A stretch of DNA of 64,000 nucleotides. It comes from the human T2T-CHM13v2.0 reference genome, Homo sapiens. Both the position numbers and the translations under genes were made by a program. The notes beneath the pieces were generated by a model. The model was given only the letters and a program-made list of their open reading frames with translations, was not told the origin of the DNA and did not search any database. The stretch is from assembly GCF_009914755.1 (NCBI RefSeq), contig NC_060928.1, one strand, 5' to 3'. How positions within the stretch are numbered: the stretch's first letter is position 1; each line of letters begins with the position of its first letter. This document shows positions 13,311-31,776 of this stretch, one piece after another.

Positions 13311-13680
13311 AAAGCAAACTATTAATAATGATTGTTATGGATTATGAACAATTCAGAGTTCTGTGTTGGCACATCATACCCTTGCTCAGAATAGAAAAAT
13401 AAGGATATGATAAATAAAAGCCACAGAAGGTTTTTTTCCTTGCTTTTTTAGGACTCTCTTGGCTTTTACTGTGTCATTTCTACTCTGTGTCCTCTTTCCT
13501 TCTTCCCTGTGAATGGGTGGCAACATCTTTCTCCTTTTAGCACATTCACTGTTTTTCTGCTTTAACTTGTTTTGGCTCACATTCTCTTTTCCCACCTCCC
13601 ATCAATCCTAATATTCTTAGGATGTCAGAGTGTTTTTGTCACAGGCTGGTAACAAAGTGATGCCATCTTTTGTTTTTCAG

Positions 13681-13856
13681 GATGTGATCCGAGCCATGAA
13701 TGTCAATCCCAAGATTTCATTCCCTCCTGTCGTTGACTTTTGCCTTCTCAGTGACTTCATCCAGGAGATATGTTGCATTGCCTTTGCAATGCAGGCCTTA
13801 GAACCACCCCTAGATATTGCATATGGAGCAGATGGAGAAGTTTTTAATGATTGCAA
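13681..13856 (+). CDS. SPATA18: SPATA18 coding exon, [11 protein letters not shown]...GEVFNDC
   Basis: tttttcag|GAT acceptor, AA|gtaaga donor, 176 nt, phase 0-2. Confidence 0.96.
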
Positions 13857-14167
13857 GTAAGAGACACAGGAGCAGAAGCTAAGGGATTTATCATGAATAC
13901 ATTGTCTTGTCTGTTTCCTGAAAACAATTTAGGGAAAAGAACTCTGGGTGGAGAAATTAACAGACACTACCTGATTTTCAGGCCCTACCATATACTTCTC
14001 TGTACTCCAGGGCAGGACCCACTCCTAGAGTTATTTTCCATTGAACATATTGGTCTTTGGGAGAGAACTAATGAGGACTTGGAGCCTATCTAGAACACTT
14101 TTTTAAAGATGCTCTATAAATACAAATGTGCATTACTTTCTATTGGTTTTTATTGCATTACTCAGGC

Positions 14168-14354
14168 CAGGCTTCTCAAAGTATGATGTGTGGATCACCT
14201 GCATCAGAATTACTCAAGGTACTTGTTAAAAATACACATTCCTGGATTACATTTTCTGACATTTTATGCAGTAAGTCTAAGACAGGGCTCAGGAATCTGC
14301 AATTTAACAAGCACCCAGGTGTTCCTTGTGCACACTAATGTTTGAAAATTAATG
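14168..14354. mobile_element. MER5A-like DNA transposon
   Basis: cttctcaaagt...gcatcagaat...tttaacaagcacccaggt pattern. Confidence 0.7.
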
Positions 14355-15882
14355 CTCTTGACTCTTTTGTCTAGGACCAATAGATTGCTACCAACTTTTA
14401 CAGGATAAATATTCCTCTTATAAATTAAAATACATTAAACTAATTTAAAACATTGTATTGTGATTTCTTGAGATCACAGGATATAGCTGGAGATTATCTG
14501 GGAAGAAATCAAGCTAGTGGTTAAGAACACAAGCTAGTGGTTAAGAACCTAAGCAGCCTCAAGCTGCTTAGGTTCAAATTTCAGCTCCATCACCTATTAG
14601 CTGTATAATGTTAGGCATGCCACTTAATTTTTCTATTTCTTAGTTTCTTCTCTATCCAATGGGGGCAATAATAATGCCTACTTCCTAGGGTCGTAGAAGG
14701 TTAGTTGAGATAATTCAGACAAGGCACTTAGGATGCTGCCCAGCATGAAGTGGGTGCCCAGGAAATATTCACTCCGGGTTTTTGTTCAGGTTGTAAAGTT
14801 ATGCCCAGCATTCCTGAAAGCTTGTTGATGAGGGAGGATGGATAGTACCACTCAGAATCATTCACTTTCTTTCACTTATGCAAATCACAACAATAATGAA
14901 CTTTCCAATTGCCTTATAGCATGTAATATTTTCTTGCCATTGTCTTGCTTCTAGTTTCTCCAACATGGATCAACTCATGGAAGAGCTGATACTAGGACAT
15001 TACACTGCAGTTGGGTCTTTTTGGTTCCACAGAGCACATTATCTTCATTTGTCTCCCTTTATTCCTTTCTCCTTTAGAGGATGGAGAGTGCCATTCAGAA
15101 CCATTCACCATTTTAGTTTATGGAATCTGCACATGTCAAAGACTTCTGTAGGGCCTCTTGCTGACATTCCTTTAACCAGAGGGAATGTGCAGCTTCTAGG
15201 GCATTCTCTGGCCTGTGTGCCTGGACATCTGTGCAGCTGGAATTGGATTTTCTAACAATGATTGGATTTAGTTCTACTTCTAGAACTTCACAGAACAAGG
15301 CTAACCCTTTTTCACCCTGGCAGCCTTTTGTACATTTGAAAGCAATTACTCAAACCCTCCTCCTTCTGGCCTCAGGGCTTCAGGGTTTCTTCATATGAAG
15401 TAGATTTGGGACTTCTTGACAAATAGATTCATTGTCTTGTTCTTGATCTGTGCACCTTTTAAAGAAAGTGAACTGACCGGCCTAGAGGGACTAACACCCT
15501 TTTTATTCTTATTCTCCATTAATTCAGCTAACTTACAGTAGTTTTTCTTTCTTTTTTAGCCTTCTAACAGTGTTTATTCATTTTGAATACAACTGAAACC
15601 TGCTGTATTTTTCTTGTACTGTGACTAAACCATATATCTCCTCTATTTGTGAAAATGCTTTTTAGACTCAATTATAGGACCTCATATTTATTCACATTTT
15701 ATTTTATCTTATTAAATTCAGCTTATTGTTCCAGCCTGTTGAGCTGTTTTTAATCAATGTCATCTTTTTTTTTTCCTAACCACCTGCATCTTTGAGCATG
15801 TTTTCTATATTTCATACAACTCATTCATAAACATGATGACTTATCATGGGATTGAGAGAGAGCCCTCAGCATCTTCCTTCAG

Positions 15883-16177
15883 GTTTCTGTCGATCCATTA
15901 ATTACCCCTCTTTGGAGATGATCATTTAATTAGTTTCCAATCCACCTACTTAAGTTAATCATCCTCCTATATTTCTTTTATTTTGTCCACAAAGACAGCA
16001 TGAAAAATTCTATGGGAAGCCTGATGGGAAGTTTCTGTCGATCCATTAATTACCCCTCTTTGGATATGATCATTTAATTAGTTTCCAATCCACCTACTTA
16101 AGTTAATCATCCTCCTATATTTCTTTTATTTTGTCCACAAAGACAGCATGAAAAATTCTATGGGAAGCCTGATGGGA
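15883..16177. repeat. 148-bp-period tandem duplication (2 copies)
   Basis: 15883-16029 vs 16031-16177; one mismatch seen (ggaGatgat/ggaTatgat). Confidence 0.95.
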
Positions 16178-16471
16178 CTTCAGATGCTAGTCTATGTCTT
16201 TAGAATTCCCCTGAATTGCAACTCTTGTAATCCTGAGAAGAGAAGGAATACAATTAGTTTGACACGATTTGGTCTTAGCATATCCGTGCTGGGTCCCAGT
16301 TATCATTAGTTCCTATTCTAAGAGGCCACAAAGATTCTTAAATAACAGAATTTGACCTATATTTACTCAGATCTGAGCATAATACAAAATGAGAATTCAC
16401 ACTGATGTTTTCCCCTAGATATGCTCCATAATTGCTTAACTTCTCTTTCTTTTTTTGTATATTGAAAACAG

Positions 16472-16595
16472 ATACCGCCGCAGCTACGACTCGGATTTCA
16501 CTGCTCCCTTAGTCCTCTATCACGTGTGGCCTGCTCTCATGGAGAATGACTGTGTCATTATGAAGGGAGAAGCTGTCACCAGGAGAGGGGCTTTT
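16472..16595 (+). CDS. SPATA18: SPATA18 coding exon, [14 protein letters not shown]...VTRRGAF
   Basis: aacag|A acceptor, TTT|gtacgg donor, 124 nt, phase 2-0. Confidence 0.95.
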
Positions 16596-17549
16596 GTACG
16601 GTGGCCTTGCATAGTGACAATTCATCCCAAGTGTTTGATTCACAAGTTCGAGAACATTTATAAACCCAGAGATTCTATAAAAGAAGTTTATAAAGAGTTG
16701 ATAAGATTTCATACAAAGGAGAGGTCGGAGATGATCTCAAGAAGAACTGATTCTTTTCTTTGATTCTTCCATAATTCTGCATAATTTCCTGGCAGTAATT
16801 TCTTTACTTCTTGCTTTATTTAGGAGATGGAATCAGTCATATTTACCTCCTCCATCTTAGAATTATTATAATATTTTAAAAACAAAGCCCTTTGAAGTTA
16901 TCTTGTAGGAGGATTGCCATAATCCTAAGCACTTAAAATCAATTAACTCTCAGGAAACGATTTGCCAAATTTTTACTGACAATTTTCTGTTTTGGGAAAC
17001 TGCCAATGTGCCCTGTTTTTCTCTCCTTGGTATGATGTGTATGGAGGGGAGGGATGGAGACAAAGAGGGCAGAGGAGGTGGGAGAGAGGAACCAATCAGT
17101 TTGGGAAGGTCGCTTCCTATATCCATTGGTTATAGAATGTTTTGAACCTACAGAATGTTAAATACTTGAACAGCCTTTAAAAAGGAGTCTTAGGTACCGT
17201 ATGTGAGCATGTGGGTGTGTACGTGTTGTACTGGGGATTGGGTGATGGAACTGGTAGTGCTTGGATATTCTGCATAGTTTATGTTATGTAGTTTTTACCC
17301 CTGCCTTTCCTAGAAAGAGTTAAATGAAGCCCCTTAGTCCAGGATGATGCCCACAGCTGGCTGATCTCTGTTCCTGTTCTCCTTGAACTGAAGAATAGGG
17401 GAAGTGTTTTATGGCAGCTTTCACACATACAGTGGAGAAGGGGAATATTTTATTTTAAAAGAACTGAAGAAAAGGGTTTTTGTAGCTTAAAAATCCCATT
17501 ACAGTGAATACTATCTTAAAATGTTTTGTTCCATAAATGTTGAGCCCTT

Positions 17550-18120
<571 letters not shown>

Positions 18121-18996
18121 TGAGATCCTGTCAAAAAAAAAAAAAAGATATTGAGTCCATAGAAATAGAAATTGGGTTTTATTGATCCAACAGCTACACA
18201 TGTTCTACAATAAAACATACTTCTTGTTCCTACAGCAGTCACACTCTGTTAAGAAGATCTTATCTGTTGCGCAGTTTGGAAAGGAGGGAGAAGAAATACC
18301 CATTATTCTTACGTTTTACATCAAATAGCCATTGCCTTTTAACTTCCTTCTTCTCTCCCATCAAGCATATCAGGAACATTTGTCCAAGCTTAAACCCTAA
18401 AACAAAATAATAGGAAGTTCTTCCTAAAAGAAAGAACTTGGAAAAGAAAGGGGTTGAAGTAGGGAAATTTCAAGGATTTTACCAGTAAAATCTCATTTTA
18501 GTGACTATAGCTTTCTTCTTATTCATTTAGTTAGAAAGCAGATAGGCAGTAGTGGTGTTTTATTCATTCATCCAATGATATTTATTTATTCAATAGTTAT
18601 TTATGACCCAAACACTGTATTTATGTGCTAGAGATTTAGCAATAAATAAAACAGATACAAATCTCTACCCACATGGAGCTTACATTCTCCAGCACTAACA
18701 AACTCCTATGTAATTTCCAATAGCTTACTCATAAAAAACATTCTACTGGCATCAAACACCAGAATATCCCAAGGTTCATTGTAATGGGATTATATTTAAA
18801 AAGTACCTGAAGTTACTGCCAAATATTGGGCAGCTATAGGAGGTGAACGGAGTGTGGCTTGTGCAGATGATCAGTAATGGGCAAGTGTAATCACATAAGT
18901 AAAACTCTTATTCTGTGGGATATGCATGTTGTTTTGAGCCATGACAGTTTTCACAAACTCCTGACTATGTCTCTCTCTTTCTCTCTCTTTTTTAAG

Positions 18997-19080
18997 TGGA
19001 ATTCGGTGCGATCTGTAAGTCGTTGTCGAAGCAGGAGTTTAAGTCCCATTTGCCCCCGTAGCCAAATTGGTTTAAACACG
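18997..19080 (+). CDS. SPATA18: SPATA18 coding exon, [28 protein letters not shown]
   Basis: Long CT tract + aag acceptor; ACG|gtacat donor; 84 nt, phase 0-0. Confidence 0.93.
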
Positions 19081-19659
19081 GTACATATCTATCTAATCAT
19101 TTTTACACAAAATTCATCTATGGTTGGCTTTTTTTTTTTTGCTTCAGCAATACAAAAGAGGTGATTATAAGTCTACAGGTGGAAAGAGAACCTGTTGCAA
19201 TAATGCTAGCTCCAAATTGATTTTTATACTACTGTGGGCTAAATAATTTATTATTCTAGAAAGGAGTAGAGTTTTATCTTTCTTTCTTAGTTCAAGGAAT
19301 AGTAGATTTTATGTATTTCATAGTTTTATTTTTATCTTGGATGAAATGGGCTATTAGAGATCAGATAGTGGACTGAAGAGTGAATGGGATACCATAGTCA
19401 ACTGATCTTGGCACAAGTCCCTGGTTCCTCTAGAAATTTGTGTATGAGTTTAGAGAAATTACTCAAATGGTCTGGATTTCAATACCTTATAAAGGGCATT
19501 GCAGGTATTAATGTGTCCTCAACTTCAAATTAGAAAAAATAAGGTTTTTTTGTGTGTATTAGTTTTTGGAAAGATTGCTAATACTTCTGTTAAAGAAAAA
19601 AATAACAGCAAAAACATCATGAAAACTATGAAGATAACATCCCTAAAAACATTATTATG

Positions 19660-20009
19660 GGCTGGGTAGGGTGGCTGACACCTGTAACTCTAGCACTTTC
19701 AGAGGCTGAGGTGGGAGGATTGCTTGAGCCCAGGAGTTTGAGACCAGCTATGGCAACATGGGGAAACATTGTCCCTATAAAACAAAACAAAAATCCTCCC
19801 CCAAATTATCTGGGTATAACAAAAAATTCCCCCCCAAATTAGCCAGGCATGGTGGCATGTGCCTGTAGTCCCAGCTACTTAGGAGGCTGAGCTGGGAGGA
19901 TCATCTGAGCCCAGGGAGGTCGAGGCTGCAGTTAGCCGTGATTGTACCACACTGCACTCTAGCCTGGGTGAGAGAGTGAGATCCTGTCTTAAACAAAAGA
20001 AAACAAAAC
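19660..20009 (+). mobile_element. Alu (AluJ-like) with duplicated linker
   Basis: Alu dimer; central ...cccccaaatta repeated. Confidence 0.92.
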
Positions 20010-20342
20010 TCCCCAAAACATTAAAAAAATTATGATTCACCACTATTCATTTATTCAACACATATTTAGTCAGTGTCTTTTGAATACAGGGCTAGACCAA
20101 GACATGTGGACACCAAATAGGCTAACAATGTGCTGTTCCTCCAAATAATAATTATTTAAATATTTGTCCAACCTTGTTTAGAGAGAGTGGTAGAGAAGGA
20201 GAATCACATCCGGCAACCCTACACACTTTTCTGAAATTGCCTCTAGCATGCAGCTGTAGCCCCAAAGTTGCAAAACTTCCTCAGCAAAACAAAAACAAAA
20301 CCAAAAACCCCTGCAGTTGATGAAACCCAGCTTCCTTACTGA

Positions 20343-26754
<6,412 letters not shown>

Positions 26755-26901
26755 CTTACGGACTTTAATGAGCATCTATTGTGACTCCTGCATGCTCCTT
26801 ATCATACATTCTTTCTGGATCTGATGGATGCTTGATTTGGGAGGGACACAAAAATGACAAAAACATGTTATCTTCTCTGAATAGGTCTTAATATAGGAAG
26901 A

Positions 26902-27230
26902 TCACGAGACCATGTCCTTTGCAGGAACATGGATGGAGCTGAAGGTCATTATCTTTAGCAAACTAACACAGGAACAGAAAACCAAATACCTTTCTCACTT
27001 ATAAGTTGAAACTAAATGATGAGAACACATGGACACAAAGAGGGAACAGCAGACACTGGGGACCACCAGAGAGTGGATGGTGGGAGGAGGGAGAGGATCG
27101 GGAAAAATAACTAATTGGTACTAGGCTTAATACCCAGGTGATGAAAATCTGTCCAGAAATCCCCCATGACAAGGTTTTACCAATATAACAAACCTGCAGA
27201 TGTACCCCTAAACTTAAAAAGAAAAATAAA
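26902..27230 (+). mobile_element. Older L1P 3' end fragment
   Basis: L1 3'UTR plus A tail; TSD aatataggaa. Confidence 0.88.
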
Positions 27231-28605
27231 ATATAGGAAAGAGAAAGATTATTATGATTTAAACAGATTAGCTGAATGTGATACAGTCAACAAACCAATA
27301 CATCTATAATATGATACAATATGATAGTCAATAAAAGAAGCAGAAAGGGCTAGAGTCATCAGATGAGATAGAGATTCCTCCCAGATTTGGTCATGAGGAA
27401 GGCATTCAATGGGGTGGTAGTATTTAATTTGGTGTTTTAGAATGGGTGGAATTTCAATGGGCTAGGAAATTGGGAAGGAATATTCAGGTGAAGAAAATGA
27501 CCTAAAAAATGATAGGGAAATGGAAAAGTCATGCATCTGGCACAATCCTTTTGCTCTTAGAGATTTTCATATAGCATCATTATCTTTTTTCATGAATAAG
27601 TATTTATGGTAAGTAAAAGCAAAACAATAGTGCACTTAGTAGACTGGTAAATAAAAAGGAAACATTGGGAGCATGATACTGAGAGAACCAGAATTCCTCA
27701 TTCTAAGAGGAAATGGCATATAAGAAGAAAATACTATTAGACAGTTATTGTGCAACAGCCATGGCAAATTGTAACTCCGGACTCCCATCAAAAGGCTTAT
27801 TCATGGGCAATGTCCTCTGTGAGAATCCCCTATACCTTCTCTTTCTTTCTCATGTTGTGCTCAGAAAGAACACATTAATTTAAACTTTAGATGAGAATAA
27901 AATCTAATCTCAAAGGTATCACTGCAGTCAACTTTCTGTCTGTTTCCATCATCCTCTTGCCACAACAAAACTGGGTATACCTGCAAAATAAAATACAAAT
28001 ATTTTTGGTTAGTTGGGTTTATTTTTGCCTATGTGGGGGTCTTGATTCATCCAGAGTGGATTCCATCTTTATCAGCATCTATTTATCTAGAGTGTTTGAA
28101 AGCTCAGAGCAAGGATGATGCTTGTAGCCAGTTACGCCTGACCGGCTATGTCACTGACTTGTGGTTCCGGTGCAGTACCTTCTACTTAGTGAAAGTAAAG
28201 GTGAGATTTGAAAGATGAAGATTTTCTGGTTGCCTGGTGACCCTTCTTAATAGAGCAGAGTTTATGACTTATAATTTTTATAAAGGATCTCCCAGATATT
28301 ATATCATCATTTTAGCTTTAATTTGTGAGTTTTAATAAATATTTTTATTTTCTGGAAAGCACTGAATTCAGTATGGCTGCTCTTAGGCTACTGAACCCAG
28401 CTTTTAACTAATAATATAATTTAAACCAATACTTCAGAAGTCTAAAAAGAATCACAATAGTCAACCTTAGGGTGAAAAATCATAGTGCTAAAGTGCCTCA
28501 GAGAAAGCTATTTGGTTGGTTTTAGGGAAAAAAAATATGTCAAAAGAATTCATCCTTTGAGCTCCGTCTACTATGTAATTCACATTATTCTTTTATATTT
28601 TCCAG

Positions 28606-28651
28606 ATGTCTCGAAGTCGGAGTCCTTCTCCAATAAGATGTGGATTGCCAA
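28606..28651 (+). CDS. SPATA18: SPATA18 penultimate exon, [15 protein letters not shown]
   Basis: tttccag|ATG acceptor, A|gtaagt donor, 46 nt. Confidence 0.94.
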
Positions 28652-28958
28652 GTAAGTGGGATTAGTTCAGATGGATCAAATTTTCTGCTTTTTAATACTC
28701 CTTCTAGTACTTAGCACTGAGCAGCAAAATGAATGCTTTGCTTCCTAGAGAGCATCTTTTTCTTACTCCTCACACCTTTCATGTCTGGGCCTCTGGCTGA
28801 TGGTACCCAGGCAGGTCCCATGGGTCATGTAGAAGGAGCTTCCAACCAAGAGGCTTCATTGCCATAAACCTAGATTAACCGCCTCTTTCATTTAGGTGCT
28901 TCCAAAAGAAAATCGAAGAAAGTGACCATAATAATGAACTGTCTATTTTTCTCCCTAG

Positions 28959-28966
28959 GATTTTAA
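28959..28966 (+). CDS. SPATA18: SPATA18 terminal exon coding part (R-F-stop)
   Basis: ctccctag|GA TTT TAA completes ...CGLPRF*. Confidence 0.92.
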
Positions 28967-31372
28967 AAGCACCAGACCTGCTCCTTTGACCCAGTGCGTG
29001 GAAACAGCTGCTTTCTCCAGTGCCGCCATCTGTCTTCTGTGTCTGCCTCAGACCTCACTTAAGATAATGTCAAAAGGCAATTCTGTGTATCACCCCACAC
29101 AGAGAGTTAAATGTTTTGGCTTGGCGCATTTGTAACTTTAGATATATTGCATTCTATTTTATTTTATAGATACTAATTCCATTAATTTCATAAAAATGAT
29201 TGTATAGGCATTTAGGATCATATTCATTCGAAGCAAAGTCCGTTACAAAGGTTCAAGATTTCCATCTCAAAACACTACGCTCTTTTATGGGAACTGTGTG
29301 AACTGAAGTGGAAAGCATCTACCATGCTGAGGCTAAAAGAAAAGATGAATCATTTTAGTTTGCAGATGGATCGTAAATATAATTGTTGGTATCAGCTTTA
29401 GCTCAAAACCAATATTAGGTGTTTTAATTTCCTTTTAAGGTTTGGAAGACAGCCCTAATCTCAGGTTGGGGAGCTCATGTTAGTAGCAGTGACTTAAGGC
29501 TAAGTGTAGAAGATAATTTAAGATACATTTTCTTTATATATTAGCCAACAAATTATATTTATTGGTTGGCTTGCTTTTCCGTTCTGATTTTGAGAGTGCC
29601 CAGTTTGGTTTAGTTGACCAATGAATGTCAAAGCTACTTAGTTGAGAGAATTTCCTTGTTCATAAATGTAGAGCAGTGATTTGATTAGAAGCCAGCTTTG
29701 AGATAAATGTTAATTACCTCATGCATATCTCCTGGGAATATTTCAAACTGTTTTAATGCATGTGTTATATATAAAAGTTTCTTGGGACATGCTCTTCACC
29801 TGTTCTACCTAGTTATTTGCAAATTCAGACCTCCTATTGAACTCTGTCTGACCAAAACTACTTAAACTCAAGGCCCAAAACTAGGGGCACCATTTACTGA
29901 TTTTAAATTGAGTATATATCCCTTGACTTCTTCACTGTCAAATACTTTTGAAACTTCACGTTCAAGATAAGAATGGAATGTTGCTTTCTTGCAATAAGTA
30001 ATGTTCTTTCTGCCTTTTTTTCACTTTTAAGTCAGCCTTAAACACATGCCTCACAAACATCTACTTTCTCCACATACCTTTGAGAGAGACACTGAATTGG
30101 CCTCAGCTCAGTTTTGCATAAGCTTAGTGCCAGAACCAGCACCTGATGCTTTTCAGGTGAAAATAAAACAAACAGCTTCTCTAAAGCATCTTACCCCTGT
30201 GCTGGAGGTTTGAGGGACCTCTTCAGTGCCTGCCCCTTGAGTCTAATGGTCACCACCTCATTCTGAAGTATGAGTTGAATTTTTTGCCCTCTTTGCATAT
30301 TTACATTAGTCATCACTTTGAAGCAATGCAGTGTGCTGGAAGGAGCACTATCTGCCTAGGTAACTGCTAGTCATGACCTGGTCATCAGCTTGCTTTGTGG
30401 CACTGAGCAAGTTACTTCACTTCTCTGAGCCTTGGTTTTATCATAGGGTGAGGAGGTTGGATACAATTAGTGCCCCTCTTAACCCTGCAGACTCAATGTT
30501 CCCTTTTATAACAAGTATTTTATTCTGAATATGAAATGAAAATTAAAGTTAATATAATCATCTATGTGCATGTATAATTTTAAGCAGTGAACATAGTACC
30601 CTAACTATAATATAAAGCAGAAAAAAAGGCAACTTTTAATAAAATAAAATGTATTTCAATAAAAAAGCTTGGGTATAACCACCCTAGAAGATAAAATTAA
30701 GTCATTAGATGGCTGAACCTGCATGTAGAGCCACCAGCTACAAATGAAAATCAATGTGTGTATTGGCAACAGAAAATCACGGTGTTGTCATTGGATGTGA
30801 CTTTCTGAAGTGGTGGGCAATTCTTGTTAATGTTTTAAACAAAAAAAAAAACACCTTACAGTCTTGCCCTGATTTACACAGCAGTCACATTCCTGGAAAA
30901 TTCAAGTGTTTATTAAAACTATGCAACAGTTACTGTGTGTTATACGTTGAAAGGTCTTCACTAATATCTCACTAAGTAATGAGAATGCCTACATATCAGA
31001 ATTTTTTTTTTCAGGAGCCAAGCACATATACTGATTTGGAAAAAGGCACAGGTAGCTCAGTTTATTTGCTTTCTACCCTGCCTGGCCACTTGCTGTTTCT
31101 TCAGTTTCTAATTTGAGCTGTAACTACACAAGGAAAGCTAAATAGTCTGGAAAATTTTTGGAAAGAATCCACAAAGCCAAAGGAGACTGGCCTATACTCA
31201 TTTTATCTGGGGATGTACCTTACCCTTAGAGACTTTGAAAAATGTGAAGCTCTTATTTTGTAACCTGGGTAAATGTTAGTTTCTAGATTTTCGGCTTAAC
31301 ATCTAATAATAACATTTAAAAAGTGCTTTTGTAACTATTAGTTATTTGCAATAAAATGCTTTCCTTCTACAG
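28967..31372 (+). other. SPATA18: SPATA18 3'UTR (~2.4 kb; end approximate)
   Basis: Follows the stop; nearly repeat-free AT-rich sequence up to AATAAA at 31350. Confidence 0.75.
31350..31355 (+). terminator. Distal polyadenylation signal AATAAA
   Basis: AATAAA preceded by TGTA, with CA ~15 nt downstream. Confidence 0.7.
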
Positions 31373-31411
31373 TCCCAAGTTCAATGATGTCCTTTACCCA
31401 TCTATAATCTC

Positions 31412-31776
31412 TGTATTAGTCCATTTTCACACTGCTATAAAGAACTACTTGAGACTGGGTAATTTATAACGAAAGAGGTTTTTTTAATTGACTCATAGTT
31501 CTGCATGGCTGGGAACCCTCAGGAAACTTACAGTCATGGCAGAAGGTAAAGGAGAAACAAATGCCTTCTTCACAAGTTGGCAGCAGAGAGAGCGCAAGGA
31601 GGGAACTGCCAAGCGCGTTTAAACCATCAGATCTTGTGAGAACTCACTATCACAAGAACAGCATGGGGGGAACTGCCCCCATGATCCAGTCACCTCCCAC
31701 CAGGTCCCTCCCTCGACACATGGAGATTACAATTTGAGATCAGATTTGGATGGGGACACAGAACCAAACCATACCA
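31412..31776 (-). mobile_element. MaLR solo LTR (MSTA-like)
   Basis: tgtattagtccattttcacactgctataaag ... ggggacacagaaccaaaccatacca; TSD atctc/atgtc. Confidence 0.88.

Noticed and set aside
16596-16763. Open frame continuing past the exon donor
   Set aside because: Ordinary intronic read-through with no evidence of retention
29784-29793. p53-like half-sites (e.g. ggacatgctc)
   Set aside because: Only isolated half-sites seen; no paired response element identified in this window
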